Origin: Candidatus Aminicenantes bacterium
GTDB lineage: Bacteria; Acidobacteriota; Aminicenantia; Aminicenantales; JAFGBC01
Reading direction: 5' to 3'
Assembly (NCBI GenBank): GCA_963702005.1
Contig: OY969696.1
Span: 4,192,001 to 4,256,000, forward strand
DNA: 64,000 nucleotides
In this document: positions 18,406 through 29,245 of the stretch, piece after piece
How the letters are laid out: each line of letters opens with the position of its first letter
How positions within the stretch are numbered: the stretch's first letter is position 1
Notes under the pieces: model-generated
The model's database searches: none
Seen by the model: only the letters and a program-made list of their open reading frames with translations
What the model was told of the DNA's origin: nothing
Program-made: the position numbers and the translations under genes

Positions 18406-20952
18406 CTATCCACCGATATAGAAACCCGCGTCACTGGTGTCAGAGAGAGAAGCATGTCTAGTGCTGGTGATTCTTATTGTGTAATCCTCTCCGGAGGCGA
18501 GGTTAGCTGGAATTTTCCATGTGAAGGAACCTTTGCCGTTTTTCCCGATTGACGCGTTGGGAGCAACAACCAAAATAGTTTTTTCCCCTTTGAGCAATGC
18601 GATTCTTACGCTTGTCCCTGCTTTTCCCGTATAATCCCATTGGATTATCTGGGTGGTGCCTAATCTCCATTGCTCGCCTCCATCCGGAGCCCTCACGGTG
18701 ATAGCCGATTGCGGAATATTAAGCTTGGTTACAAATGCATCCAGGCCTCCTCCGAGTATTTTTTGATAGGGAGTTCGCAGAGGAAAAAGTGGAGAATATG
18801 TCTCTCCGGTTAGATAAACGGCCCCATTGGGATCAATCGCGATTCCCCGTCCTCTATCATTCCCATTCCCTCCAAAATAAGTTGAATAAGCGAGTGTGCC
18901 AGTCGGGCTGAATTTAGATAAAAACGCATCGTCCCCACCGCCGCGTGACTTTTGATAAGGATTTTGTAAAGGAAAATCTAAGGAACCTGTTTTCCCAATT
19001 ACGTAAATAGCCCCGCTTCCGTCCAGGGCAATTTGGCCTCCTTGATCAAGCCAAAGCCCGCCGATAAAAGTGGAAAAAGCGATTGAATTACCTGCAGGAT
19101 TAAATTTTGTTACGAAGCCATCCAACGTTCCTTCGTTCGTTTTTTGATAAGCGTTCTTGGTGGGAAAGTTCCAAGAAAATGTCTCTCCCGTAACATAGGC
19201 GGCTCCGGCTTTGTCTAGGGCAATGTCATAAATACAATCCCACCCTGCTCCACCAAGGTAGGTCGAGTAGATGACCGCATTGCCTTCCGGAGAGAACTTC
19301 GATAAAAAGGCATCCCCGTAACCTCGGAAGATATTTTGAAAAGGTGTTTTTAGGGGGAACTCGCGTGAGCATGTATATCCGCCGACATAGGCGCAGCCGC
19401 GGCCGTCCACGGCAATCGCGCGCCCTTCATCAGCAAGGCCGGTGCCCAGGTATGTGGAATAGACAAGATCATTGCCTTCGGGCGTGAACTTAACGACGAA
19501 GGCATCTCTTCCCCCCCCGAATACACTCTGAAAAGGATTCTTCAGAGGGAAATCGTTGCCGGGCGGCCAGTAGAAATAATACAGTCCTGTCCATCCAGTC
19601 ACATACGCGGCACCCGTGTCATCCACAGCAATAGCTTTTCCACGATCCTCGGACGCTCCTCCCAGATATGTGGAATAAGCAAGGGCATTGCCCGCGGGAG
19701 TCAATTTTGTCACAAAAGCGTCGGGACACTCTTTAATCGTCCCCTGGTATGCATTTTGGATTGGAAAATCGTATGAATAAGTCATCCCTGTGATATATGC
19801 GGCGGCAGTTTTGTCCAGAGCTATGCCATAGGCCTCATCAATATCATTTCCTCCCAGGAACGTTGAATAGATCAGCGCGTTCCCTGAAGGGGAGAACTTT
19901 GTCACAAAGACATCGGATTTTCCTTTATTCTTATTCTGAAAGGAGCCTTTGGCGGGGAAATTCGTGGACGTTGTATATCCGACCACATAAGCGGCGCCTG
20001 TGCTATCCACAGCGATGTCCGTGGCGAAGTCGTCACCGCTGCCGCCGAGATAGGTGGAATAGACGAGGATGGGGTCGATGACCAGGTCATGAGCGCGGTC
20101 ATAGCGGCCGACACCAAATCCGTAGGCGTCCTTTCCAATATTAATAAATTCTGAAGAGACTTCGACTTTTCGCCCGTCGATCCACTGATAACTTATCGGT
20201 TTATGGTGCGAGATCTCCCCCAAGGCCGTTTTGACGATAAGATCGCCGCTGGCGTCGATACTGGAATCGCTGACATCTTGATATTCGAAGCGGATATCTT
20301 CGACCCGCGCACCGGGCTTGATGATCCAGTCGTATTCCACCCGGCTCTCCACCCCATAAACTTTCAGGTCGATCCCCGGATAGAGATCCTCATAAAGAAC
20401 GGCCCTTGAGGATGGGATGTCGGTCTGCCATTTCGCCGGGTCATTGCCGATGAAATAATTGACCCGGTTTTCGGTCGGTTCGAGGGCTGTCATTCGAGGG
20501 TGCTTGTTCGCCCCAAGAAAGGCGACCTTGGAAACGTCTCGATTGAAGTTTGCTTCAGTCTCCCGTTCCATCTTTTCGCGGAGAACGGAGTCAGGATCCT
20601 CCGTCAGCATTCTTCTTTTCCATTCCAGGTCATCCGTCTTCCGCTTGTTGATCGTGGCGTCGAACACCAACCCCTCTCTCGTTATCCAAAGCGTATAGCG
20701 CGAGGTTTTCGCATAGAACAGAGACTGACCGTCCACTTGGCCGCGATTGGGAATAAAATAGAGGGGGATTTTTCCATAATCGGGGATTAGCGCTCCCGGA
20801 TTTTGATAGATCGCGGCTTGCGGGAGTTTTTGCGTGACGACGACTTTTTTAGCTTGTTGGATTTGTCCAGCCACCGAGTCCCATGAACCTGAGTGGTCAA
20901 CCGACAGCGCCCCGAATAAGATTAGAGCCGGAATCAGCCTTGACCGTCCCAT
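18406..20952 (-). CDS. SBBP beta-propeller repeat protein (copy B)
   Basis: Paralog of 14156-16705 with the same MGRSRLIPALILFGAL start. Confidence 0.85.
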   Translation of the reverse strand: MGRSRLIPALILFGALSVDHSGSWDSVAGQIQQAKKVVVTQKLPQAAIYQNPGALIPDYGKIPLYFIPNRGQVDGQSLFYAKTSRYTLWITREGLVFDATINKRKTDDLEWKRRMLTEDPDSVLREKMERETEANFNRDVSKVAFLGANKHPRMTALEPTENRVNYFIGNDPAKWQTDIPSSRAVLYEDLYPGIDLKVYGVESRVEYDWIIKPGARVEDIRFEYQDVSDSSIDASGDLIVKTALGEISHHKPISYQWIDGRKVEVSSEFINIGKDAYGFGVGRYDRAHDLVIDPILVYSTYLGGSGDDFATDIAVDSTGAAYVVGYTTSTNFPAKGSFQNKNKGKSDVFVTKFSPSGNALIYSTFLGGNDIDEAYGIALDKTAAAYITGMTYSYDFPIQNAYQGTIKECPDAFVTKLTPAGNALAYSTYLGGASEDRGKAIAVDDTGAAYVTGWTGLYYFYWPPGNDFPLKNPFQSVFGGGRDAFVVKFTPEGNDLVYSTYLGTGLADEGRAIAVDGRGCAYVGGYTCSREFPLKTPFQNIFRGYGDAFLSKFSPEGNAVIYSTYLGGAGWDCIYDIALDKAGAAYVTGETFSWNFPTKNAYQKTNEGTLDGFVTKFNPAGNSIAFSTFIGGLWLDQGGQIALDGSGAIYVIGKTGSLDFPLQNPYQKSRGGGDDAFLSKFSPTGTLAYSTYFGGNGNDRGRGIAIDPNGAVYLTGETYSPLFPLRTPYQKILGGGLDAFVTKLNIPQSAITVRAPDGGEQWRLGTTQIIQWDYTGKAGTSVRIALLKGEKTILVVAPNASIGKNGKGSFTWKIPANLASGEDYTIRITSTRHASLSDTSDAGFYIGG

Positions 20953-21049
20953 CGTCCCTCCTCTCCCCGATCGCAACGACGAACAAAAAGCTGAGCTGAA
21001 GTAATAGGAATCCCCTGTTTGAAACCTATAGCCTCATAGCCTTGGCCAG

Positions 21050-21079
21050 ATGATATATCCCTCTGCGGAACGGTGTCAA
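21050..21079 (-). promoter_or_regulatory. Sigma70 promoter for the SBBP/FG-GAP operon
   Basis: Minus strand TTGACA-18 bp-TATCAT. Confidence 0.5.
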
Positions 21080-21113
21080 CAGGAAGAGGAGGACGGTCTC
21101 GCCGGCGTCGGCC

Positions 21114-22307
21114 TCAAGCCCACAGCGCTTGGGCGGGGTCGGGCTTGAACGTCCGCGTCCGCGCCTCGTCGATCATCTGGGCGACCAGCAGGTTCCAGCT
21201 CACGAAATCGGGCGCGGCGAGCGGGGCGCCCGTTTCGGCGTGATAATTCTCGTGCATCATGCCGTTGGCCGCCAGGTCCGCCAGGCATAGCCGGGTGACC
21301 CGCTCGGCCACGGTCAGGGCTGCCTCCGGATAGCCGTAATGGATGAGGGCGTGCATGGCCATCCAATTGAAGTGGGGCCAGATCGGCCCCTGCCAGTTCG
21401 AGTAGGGTTTGATGACGTTCTCGTTGTTGTAGGAAGGCTCGTCGGCGGCGACCGACCGGATCCCGAAGGGAGACCAGAGCTTTGCCGGATCGAGGACGTA
21501 CCGCTCGATCATGGCCCGGGCCTGCTCGTCGGAGGCGAGCCGGGCCCAGAGGGGGATCAGGTTGCTGTAGGTGACGCAGCGGATCCGCGCACCTTCGACA
21601 GCGTCGTAGCTAAAATAAGTGGCGTCAGCCGGATCCCAGAGATGGCGGTTCACGTCGTCGGTCAACTTGCCGGCGCGCTCCCGAAAGGCCTCGGCCTCGG
21701 CGGACTTGCCCAGACGGTCGGCGATTAAAGCCATGCCCTTATAGTCAAGGACCATGAAGCCGTTGACGTCCCCGGCGGCGATGCTGTTGTGATAGCGGGG
21801 GACCAGGGTCGGGTTGTTGTCGGCCCCGGACTCCAGACCGTCCCACCATTTGACGAGCCCGGTCGCCCGGTCGCTCATCTTCCGCTCCCGGTAGGTCACG
21901 CACGCCGCCATCTTTTCCCAGACGGGCTCGATCCAGCCGAAATCGCCCAGCGAAATCGAAGCGTAGTAAGCGGCTTGTCCCATCAGCGGCTTGATATGGT
22001 AGAGGCGGGCGTCGCGTCCGGCCCAGGGTCGGATCCCGCCCGGCGTCTGTCCGTCGGGCTCGGTGTAGCGGAGGAAGTTCAGGCACCAGTTCTTGAGGTA
22101 AATGCCGTCGGCCCGATCGACCGAGATGAGATGGAGGCCGACGAAGAAGGCGTCCCAATCCCACTGCTCTTCGTAGACGCCGCTGGGGACGATGTAATCG
22201 TAAGGCAGGGCGCCGTTGGCGCGGCGGAGGACGCGGCTTCGCAGGGCGCCAATCCGTTCCCGGGCGTCCGCGGCCAGCCTATCGAGGTCGGGTTTTGCGG
22301 CTGTCAT
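21114..22307 (-). CDS. GH63/GH37-like (alpha/alpha)6 glycoside hydrolase (trehalase-like)
   Basis: EQWDWDAFF, ESGADNNP, NWQGPIW, MHENY motifs. Confidence 0.8.
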   Translation of the reverse strand: MTAAKPDLDRLAADARERIGALRSRVLRRANGALPYDYIVPSGVYEEQWDWDAFFVGLHLISVDRADGIYLKNWCLNFLRYTEPDGQTPGGIRPWAGRDARLYHIKPLMGQAAYYASISLGDFGWIEPVWEKMAACVTYRERKMSDRATGLVKWWDGLESGADNNPTLVPRYHNSIAAGDVNGFMVLDYKGMALIADRLGKSAEAEAFRERAGKLTDDVNRHLWDPADATYFSYDAVEGARIRCVTYSNLIPLWARLASDEQARAMIERYVLDPAKLWSPFGIRSVAADEPSYNNENVIKPYSNWQGPIWPHFNWMAMHALIHYGYPEAALTVAERVTRLCLADLAANGMMHENYHAETGAPLAAPDFVSWNLLVAQMIDEARTRTFKPDPAQALWA

Positions 22308-22343
22308 TGGATCACTGCCCCTCGCAACTCATAATCGGGAAGG

Positions 22344-22372
22344 ACTATAGTATCGGTACCCGAAGAAGTCAA
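22344..22372 (-). promoter_or_regulatory. Sigma70 promoter whose -35 box is the end of repeat copy 3
   Basis: Minus strand TTGACT-17 bp-TATAGT. Confidence 0.6.
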
Positions 22373-22578
22373 ATCATCGACACTCATGGAAGCCATGAGT
22401 GCTGCAAGGCTGCTCCCCGGCCGAAGCTCCACGGACTAATGCTCATTGGAGCGCCAGTACTCATGAACCGTTTCCGGTTCGTGAGTACATGAATGCCGGG
22501 GCTTGTTCATGATTAACCCTGAGCCTCGCTCTCATCCCCGCCTTGAAAGGCGGGGCTTGGCGTCGGCGAACGGGTCAA
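22368..22578 (-). repeat. Palindromic REP/PATE-like element, copy 3, with two nested hairpin inserts
   Basis: GTCAA...GTCAA-bounded with the same core as 32540-32652, plus inserts at 22381-22412 and ~22421-22487. Confidence 0.85.
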
Positions 22579-22669
22579 CCCCTCGAAGAGGATATCGTTG
22601 ACAGGATGCTTTATTTGCGGGTATTAATAATTAGCCCTTACGACGGCAAGCTCGATTCGAGGAGGATCC

Positions 22670-24325
22670 ATGAGATTCCATTCAGGAAGGCACGTTGCGG
22701 GATTCCTGGCGGCGGGCCTGGCTTTGCTGCCGGCGGCCCTTGGGGCAGAGACCCCGACCTTCCGGCAAGTCCGGGTCCCGGTCACGGGACCCATCCACGA
22801 CATGGTCGTCGTGGACCTCAACCGGGACGGCTACCCGGACATCGCCGTCATCGACAATTCCGCCAAGCTCATCCGGATTTTCCTGGGAAGCGCGTCTTAT
22901 ACCTACGCGCAATCTTTCACTACGGCGCACTCCAAAATCGGAAAAAAATTCGTCGGGCCGGGCGACTTCAATGGCGATAAGAATCCCGACCTGGCCGTCG
23001 ATATGCCGTCGACCAAGACCTACTTCGTCGTTTTTCCCGGCAAAGGGGACGGCTCCCTCCTCGCCGCCGTCAACGTCGGCACCGGCACGGTCCAAAAAGG
23101 CTTCAACCAGGCCGCCGTCCTCGACTTCAACAACGACGGCAAGCCGGACGTCATCGGCTTCCAGAATAACGGCGGGCCGCTCCTCTCCTTCCTGAACCTC
23201 GGCAAGGCCAAGTTCAAGAAGACTCAGATCCAAGCCGTCTGCGACTACGGCAGCGTTACGACCGGCGATTTCGACGCCGACAAATACGACGACGCCGTCT
23301 TCGGACATCCCGTGAAAGGCTATGTTCATTACCTCAAAAGCAACAAAGACGGGACGTTCCAGGCGCCAAAGTCAACCATGGTCGGAAGCATCGGCCGCTT
23401 CCTGACCCGCGGCGACCTCAACGGGGATCATAAGGCTGACTTGGTCGGCAGCGGCAGCTCCGGAAATAGCGGCTGGACGATGCTCGGCCGGGGGGACGGA
23501 CGGTTCAACAAGAAAAAAATGCTGGGCGGCGAGACCTCGATGGCGGGCGGAGGCGTCCTGGCCGATCTGGATTCGGACGGCAAGCTCGACTTCGCCTCCG
23601 GCGAAACGGATGGGATCGACCTCTTTCAAGGATTGGGCACGGGGGCCTTCGAAGCCCTGTTTTCCCTCGCTAAGCACCTCCGCTTCGACCGCAAACCGGG
23701 GGCCGTCGCCGCGGCCGACGTCAACAAGGACGGCCGGCTCGACCTCATCGGGGCCCAGTGGACATCGGGCGTCAAATGGAACGACGACAGCGACGACATG
23801 TCCAACTTCATCCTCTTCCTCAACGGGCAGACGCCGAACACCCTGACGATCTCCAACCTGGCGACGACCAAGCTCAACTACGCGGGCGGCCTCGTCTATT
23901 ACGCGGGAAGCGTCCAGTTCCAGTCGACGAGCGGAGACCTCAAGTTCCTCAGCACGACCGAGGTCACGGACAACGCTTACATGGACTTCCGGGTCACCCT
24001 CGATTTCCCCTCGCCCCTGAGCGATTACACCTATCACTACTTCGCCACCGGCAGCTATCTCCACAAGCCCGGACAGACGGCGGGGACTCTCAGCTGGGAC
24101 ATTATCCTCCCCACGACCGTCGTCAGCAGCAGCACGCCGACCGCGACGCTCAAGGATTTCTACATCCTGGACTACAACCTGGTCCAGAGCAACGGGCTGC
24201 TCACGTCCAGCCTGCCCGTCAGCGCTACAATCCGGGCGTTCAAGGACGCCGCCGGCCTGGGGACGGCCCTGCGCTCGGGCCGCAACGGCAAAGCCGTCTT
24301 GGTCGGAGTCGAAACAGATAAATAA
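22670..24325 (+). CDS. Secreted FG-GAP/VCBS-repeat protein
   Basis: Signal peptide and multiple D(L/F)NxDGxxD repeats with GxGDG(T/S)F turns. Confidence 0.85.
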   Translation: MRFHSGRHVAGFLAAGLALLPAALGAETPTFRQVRVPVTGPIHDMVVVDLNRDGYPDIAVIDNSAKLIRIFLGSASYTYAQSFTTAHSKIGKKFVGPGDFNGDKNPDLAVDMPSTKTYFVVFPGKGDGSLLAAVNVGTGTVQKGFNQAAVLDFNNDGKPDVIGFQNNGGPLLSFLNLGKAKFKKTQIQAVCDYGSVTTGDFDADKYDDAVFGHPVKGYVHYLKSNKDGTFQAPKSTMVGSIGRFLTRGDLNGDHKADLVGSGSSGNSGWTMLGRGDGRFNKKKMLGGETSMAGGGVLADLDSDGKLDFASGETDGIDLFQGLGTGAFEALFSLAKHLRFDRKPGAVAAADVNKDGRLDLIGAQWTSGVKWNDDSDDMSNFILFLNGQTPNTLTISNLATTKLNYAGGLVYYAGSVQFQSTSGDLKFLSTTEVTDNAYMDFRVTLDFPSPLSDYTYHYFATGSYLHKPGQTAGTLSWDIILPTTVVSSSTPTATLKDFYILDYNLVQSNGLLTSSLPVSATIRAFKDAAGLGTALRSGRNGKAVLVGVETDK

Positions 24326-24390
24326 GATCCGGCCGAGAGAAATTTTTCATCCGGGGTTCGATTAAAGAAAGGTGGGGTGGCGCGGCAACG

Positions 24391-24423
24391 GGCCAGGAAG
24401 AGGGTCGTCTGAGAGCGGGAGCG
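24391..24423 (+). repeat. 33-bp intergenic repeat, copy B
   Basis: Matches 2816-2848. Confidence 0.65.
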
Positions 24424-24537
24424 CGTGTCGATGTTTGTGGGGGGGACAGGCGAAGCTGATGGGGTAGATGGGCGGACACGTCTATTATATTTTTTTTCTT
24501 TAGCGAGGGCGAAGGATAGTCGATGAAGAAGGCCGTA

Positions 24538-24592
24538 CGAACCCCATACTCAGGGAAACCCTGAGTACTAGAAGCCTCGTCTGCTGAGCCTG
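24538..24592 (-). repeat. 55-bp hairpin repeat, copy 1
   Basis: Reverse complement CAGGCTCAGCAGACGAGGCTTCTAGTACTCAGGGTTTCCCTGAGTATGGGGTTCG has 5 mismatches to 55213-55267. Confidence 0.8.
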
Positions 24593-24648
24593 GCAGGGGA
24601 AAGCAAACGCACCTTCGAGCCATTCTGGCCCGAGCCGTCCCGGCCCGA

Positions 24649-24677
24649 TTGACAAAGCCCGGCGAAAGGGTTATCTT
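24649..24677 (+). promoter_or_regulatory. Sigma70 promoter
   Basis: TTGACA-17 bp-TATCTT. Confidence 0.55.
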
Positions 24678-24687
24678 CATCATCGTT

Positions 24688-24918
24688 ATGAGGCGGAGAA
24701 CCGTGGTGCCGGCCATCCTGGCCGCCTTTTTCCTGCTCGCGGCGGCGACTCCCCAAGAACGGCCGGCCAAAAAGCCCAAGTGGGATTACCTGAGCAATTT
24801 TTTTTCCCGGAACACGGCGCCGCTCGGCCTCAAGGAGAATCCCCTCCTCAAAAAAATGCTCCGGCAGTCCAGGACCAAATGGGCCATCCGGTCCGGGTTC
24901 AGGCACATTCTGGACTGA
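24688..24918 (+). CDS. Small putative secreted protein (76 aa)
   Basis: MRRRTVVPAILAAFFLLAAA signal-peptide-like N-terminus, directly after a promoter and upstream of the kinase. Confidence 0.5.
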   Translation: MRRRTVVPAILAAFFLLAAATPQERPAKKPKWDYLSNFFSRNTAPLGLKENPLLKKMLRQSRTKWAIRSGFRHILD

Positions 24919-24971
24919 GAGTCCCGAATTTTTTTTGCCCACGGGATTCATTTTTTTGAATTGAACGGACG

Positions 24972-27812
24972 ATGAACAAGAGACTTTTCCTCATCCTCGT
25001 CCCCGTCTTCTTCCTCCTCGTCCTGGGCGGCGTCAATCTTTACCGGAAGATCATCTGGCAAGAGCCGACCGACGGCGTTTCTTGGGAGAAGAAGGGCGCC
25101 GCCCTGACCGCGGTTAAGGTCGAGGAGGGAAGCCCCGCTTACCTGGCCGGCATTAAGAAAGGGGACATCCTCTATTCCATCAACCAGACGCCGGCCCAAA
25201 CCCGGATCGATATCAAGAAAAGCCTCTGGCTCGCCTGGACCGGAAGCCAAAAGCTCATTTACCAGATCAACCGGCAGGGCGAGCTCATTTATCCGTCGTT
25301 CTACCCGACCTCGCGGGGCTCCGACCTCATCTATTATTATCTGGCCTTGATCGGTTTAACAACCCTTGTCATCGGGCTCGTCGTCTTTCTGAACTCGCGG
25401 CGTCAATTCACCCTGGCCTTCGTCTATTTTTATCTTCTCTGCATGGCCTTTTATTCCTTTTATATCTTTTCTCCGACCGGCGACCTGGACGTGCTGGACA
25501 GTATTTTCTACTGGCTCGACAAGGTCGCCTTCCTCCTCTTCCCGCCCCTCCTGCTCCACTTTTTCCTCATCTTCCCCCAGCGAAAACGCCTCGTAAAAAA
25601 CAAGCCGTCGATGATTCTCGGGATCTATGCGCCCGGCCTCATCCTGGTCATGGCCCACCTCGCCCTTCACCTCATTCCCCAAGGCGGGAAAACGGACGCA
25701 TGGGCCATCGCTTTTCACGATACGCTTGAGAAGCTGAGCCTCTACCACTTCGCGCTGTTCATGATCGTCGCCCTGGTCACGATCGGCCACAGCGCCCTGA
25801 AACCGCCCAACCTCATCGTCAAAAAACAGCTCAAAGGGGTCGCGTTCGGGCTCGGCTTCGGGATCATCCCGTTCACGGTTTTTTACGTCGTCCCCATCCT
25901 GGTCGGCTTGGCCCCGACCAAGGCCGGGGAGTTGTCCGTGATCCTTCAGGCTCTCATCCCGCTGACGTTCGCCTACTCGATCTCGCGCTACCGGCTGATG
26001 GACTTCGAGGTCCTGATCAAAAAGGCGGCGACCCTCCTCTTCTCCTACGTCGTCATCGCCAGCGTCTACTTCATCGTCAGCGCCCAGACCCGGTTCTTCA
26101 CCGAGTACAAGCTCAACGCCCTCATCCTGGGGATTCTGGCCATTCTGCTCGGGGCGACGCTGTTCTCGCCCCTCAAAAAGCTGTTCCAGTACCTTCTCGA
26201 CCGCGTCATCTACCGCCAGAGTTATGCCTACCGGCGGACGCTCCTGTCCATCTCCAAGGAGCTGAGCCGGGAACGGAACCTGGAGCGGCTGTCCGACTCT
26301 CTTCTCGAGCTCATCGCCAACGCGCTCTCCCTGCGCTCGATCGCCCTCCTCCTTCCCGCCGGCGGCGATCCGACCGTCCTGTCCGTGTTCCGGAGCCGAG
26401 GCGAGATACCGGCCGGCCTGCGCGAGGTCCGACTCGACCCCGCCCTGGAGGTCATGCTCCGCGAGCGGGACTACCTATCCTATTTCCCGCTGGCCGAACG
26501 GCGCGAGTTCCAGAAGAAATTCGAGGCGCTGTCGAGCCGCGGTTTCTTCCATGTCCTCCCCCTCCAGGTCGAGAACAAGCTCATCGGATGCCTGGGCATG
26601 GGGAAGAAGGAGGACGACACCTATCTGACGAGCGAGGATTGGGATCTCCTGACGACGATCTCCTCTTCGGTCGCCCTCGCCCTGGAGAACGCCACCCTCT
26701 ACAACCAGGCCAGCATCCGGACCCTCGAGCTCGAGCGCCTCAAGGACTACAGCGAAGACATCATCGAGAGTCTGACCGTCGGAGTGGCCGTTCTCGACCA
26801 GGCCGGCCGGATCATCGGCTGGAACCGGGTCCTCGAGGACGTCTTCGCCCGGAAGAAGGAGGAAGTCCTGAACCGGACCCTGTTCGATGTCCTGGGCGAG
26901 CGGACCTATTCGGCCCTCTTTCCGTCCGACACCCAGCAGGACTTCCGCCTCCTGAGCGAGATCACCCTCGACACGCCGGACGGCGCGAAGCGGATTTTCG
27001 ACATCGCCCGCACGCCCCTCTTCGACAACCTGATGAATCCTTATGGAACGATCATCGTCTTCGAAGATACGACCGAGAAGATCCGCCTCCAGCAGCAGCT
27101 GCTGACCTCCGAAAAGCTCGCCTCGATCGGCCTCCTCTCGGCCGGCGTCGCCCACGAGATCAACACGCCCCTGACCGGGATTTCGAGCTACGTTCAGATG
27201 CTCCAGAAGAAGCTGACCGACAAACACTACGCCCAGATCCTGGGGAAGATCGAATTCCAGACGGACCGGGTCAGCCGGATCATCAAAAACCTCCTCAGTT
27301 TCGCCCGGAACCCCTCGACGACCGCCTTCCACCGGGTCGACCTCAAAGAGTCCATTGACGAGATCATTTCCCTGATCGATTACAAGCTGAAGACCATGAA
27401 CATCACCCTCGTGCTCGCCCTGGCCCCCGTCCGGCCGCTCTGGGCCCAGGGCGAACGGCTCCAGCAGGTCCTCATCAACATCATCCTCAACGCCCTCGAC
27501 GCCATGCCGGGCGGCGGAACCCTCGGGATCGTCCTCGGCGAGGCCGGGGGCGAAGCCGTCATCAAGATCACGGATACCGGGACCGGCATCCAGCCCCAGC
27601 ATCTCTCCCACATCTTCGACCCCTTTTTCACGACCAAGGGCGTCGGCAAGGGGACGGGCCTCGGCCTCTCGATCAGTTATGCTATAATCAACGAGCATGA
27701 AGGACGGATCAGCGTCGAAAGCGAGGCCGGGAAGGGCACCTGCTTCTCCATCTTCATCCCTCTCGACCTGGATCGGAGGCCGCGTCCTCCGGCCCGGGTC
27801 ACGGACGATTAG
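24972..27812 (+). CDS. Membrane sensor histidine kinase (PDZ, multi-TM, GAF, PAS, HisKA, HATPase)
   Basis: GSPAYLAGIKKGD PDZ motif, several TM helices, GVAHEINTPL H-box, N/G1/F/G2 boxes. Confidence 0.95.
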   Translation: MNKRLFLILVPVFFLLVLGGVNLYRKIIWQEPTDGVSWEKKGAALTAVKVEEGSPAYLAGIKKGDILYSINQTPAQTRIDIKKSLWLAWTGSQKLIYQINRQGELIYPSFYPTSRGSDLIYYYLALIGLTTLVIGLVVFLNSRRQFTLAFVYFYLLCMAFYSFYIFSPTGDLDVLDSIFYWLDKVAFLLFPPLLLHFFLIFPQRKRLVKNKPSMILGIYAPGLILVMAHLALHLIPQGGKTDAWAIAFHDTLEKLSLYHFALFMIVALVTIGHSALKPPNLIVKKQLKGVAFGLGFGIIPFTVFYVVPILVGLAPTKAGELSVILQALIPLTFAYSISRYRLMDFEVLIKKAATLLFSYVVIASVYFIVSAQTRFFTEYKLNALILGILAILLGATLFSPLKKLFQYLLDRVIYRQSYAYRRTLLSISKELSRERNLERLSDSLLELIANALSLRSIALLLPAGGDPTVLSVFRSRGEIPAGLREVRLDPALEVMLRERDYLSYFPLAERREFQKKFEALSSRGFFHVLPLQVENKLIGCLGMGKKEDDTYLTSEDWDLLTTISSSVALALENATLYNQASIRTLELERLKDYSEDIIESLTVGVAVLDQAGRIIGWNRVLEDVFARKKEEVLNRTLFDVLGERTYSALFPSDTQQDFRLLSEITLDTPDGAKRIFDIARTPLFDNLMNPYGTIIVFEDTTEKIRLQQQLLTSEKLASIGLLSAGVAHEINTPLTGISSYVQMLQKKLTDKHYAQILGKIEFQTDRVSRIIKNLLSFARNPSTTAFHRVDLKESIDEIISLIDYKLKTMNITLVLALAPVRPLWAQGERLQQVLINIILNALDAMPGGGTLGIVLGEAGGEAVIKITDTGTGIQPQHLSHIFDPFFTTKGVGKGTGLGLSISYAIINEHEGRISVESEAGKGTCFSIFIPLDLDRRPRPPARVTDD

Positions 27813-27815
27813 ACC

Positions 27816-29203
<1,388 letters not shown>

Positions 29204-29245
29204 GCCCGCCCGCGCCGCCCGCCGCCCCGCGCCCGGGGCGCTCCT

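Larger units (their letters stand above)
12459..20952 (-). repeat. Tandem direct duplication of a ~4.27-kb two-gene unit
   Basis: 12466-12775 resembles 16740-17048 (offset 4274), and ~15770-16240 resembles ~20020-20490. Confidence 0.85.

Noticed and set aside
14156-20952. Possible DGR or CRISPR-like repeats in the SBBP genes
   Set aside because: The repeats are degenerate protein-coding blades. Differences are mostly synonymous and not adenine-specific, and no reverse transcriptase or cas gene is present.
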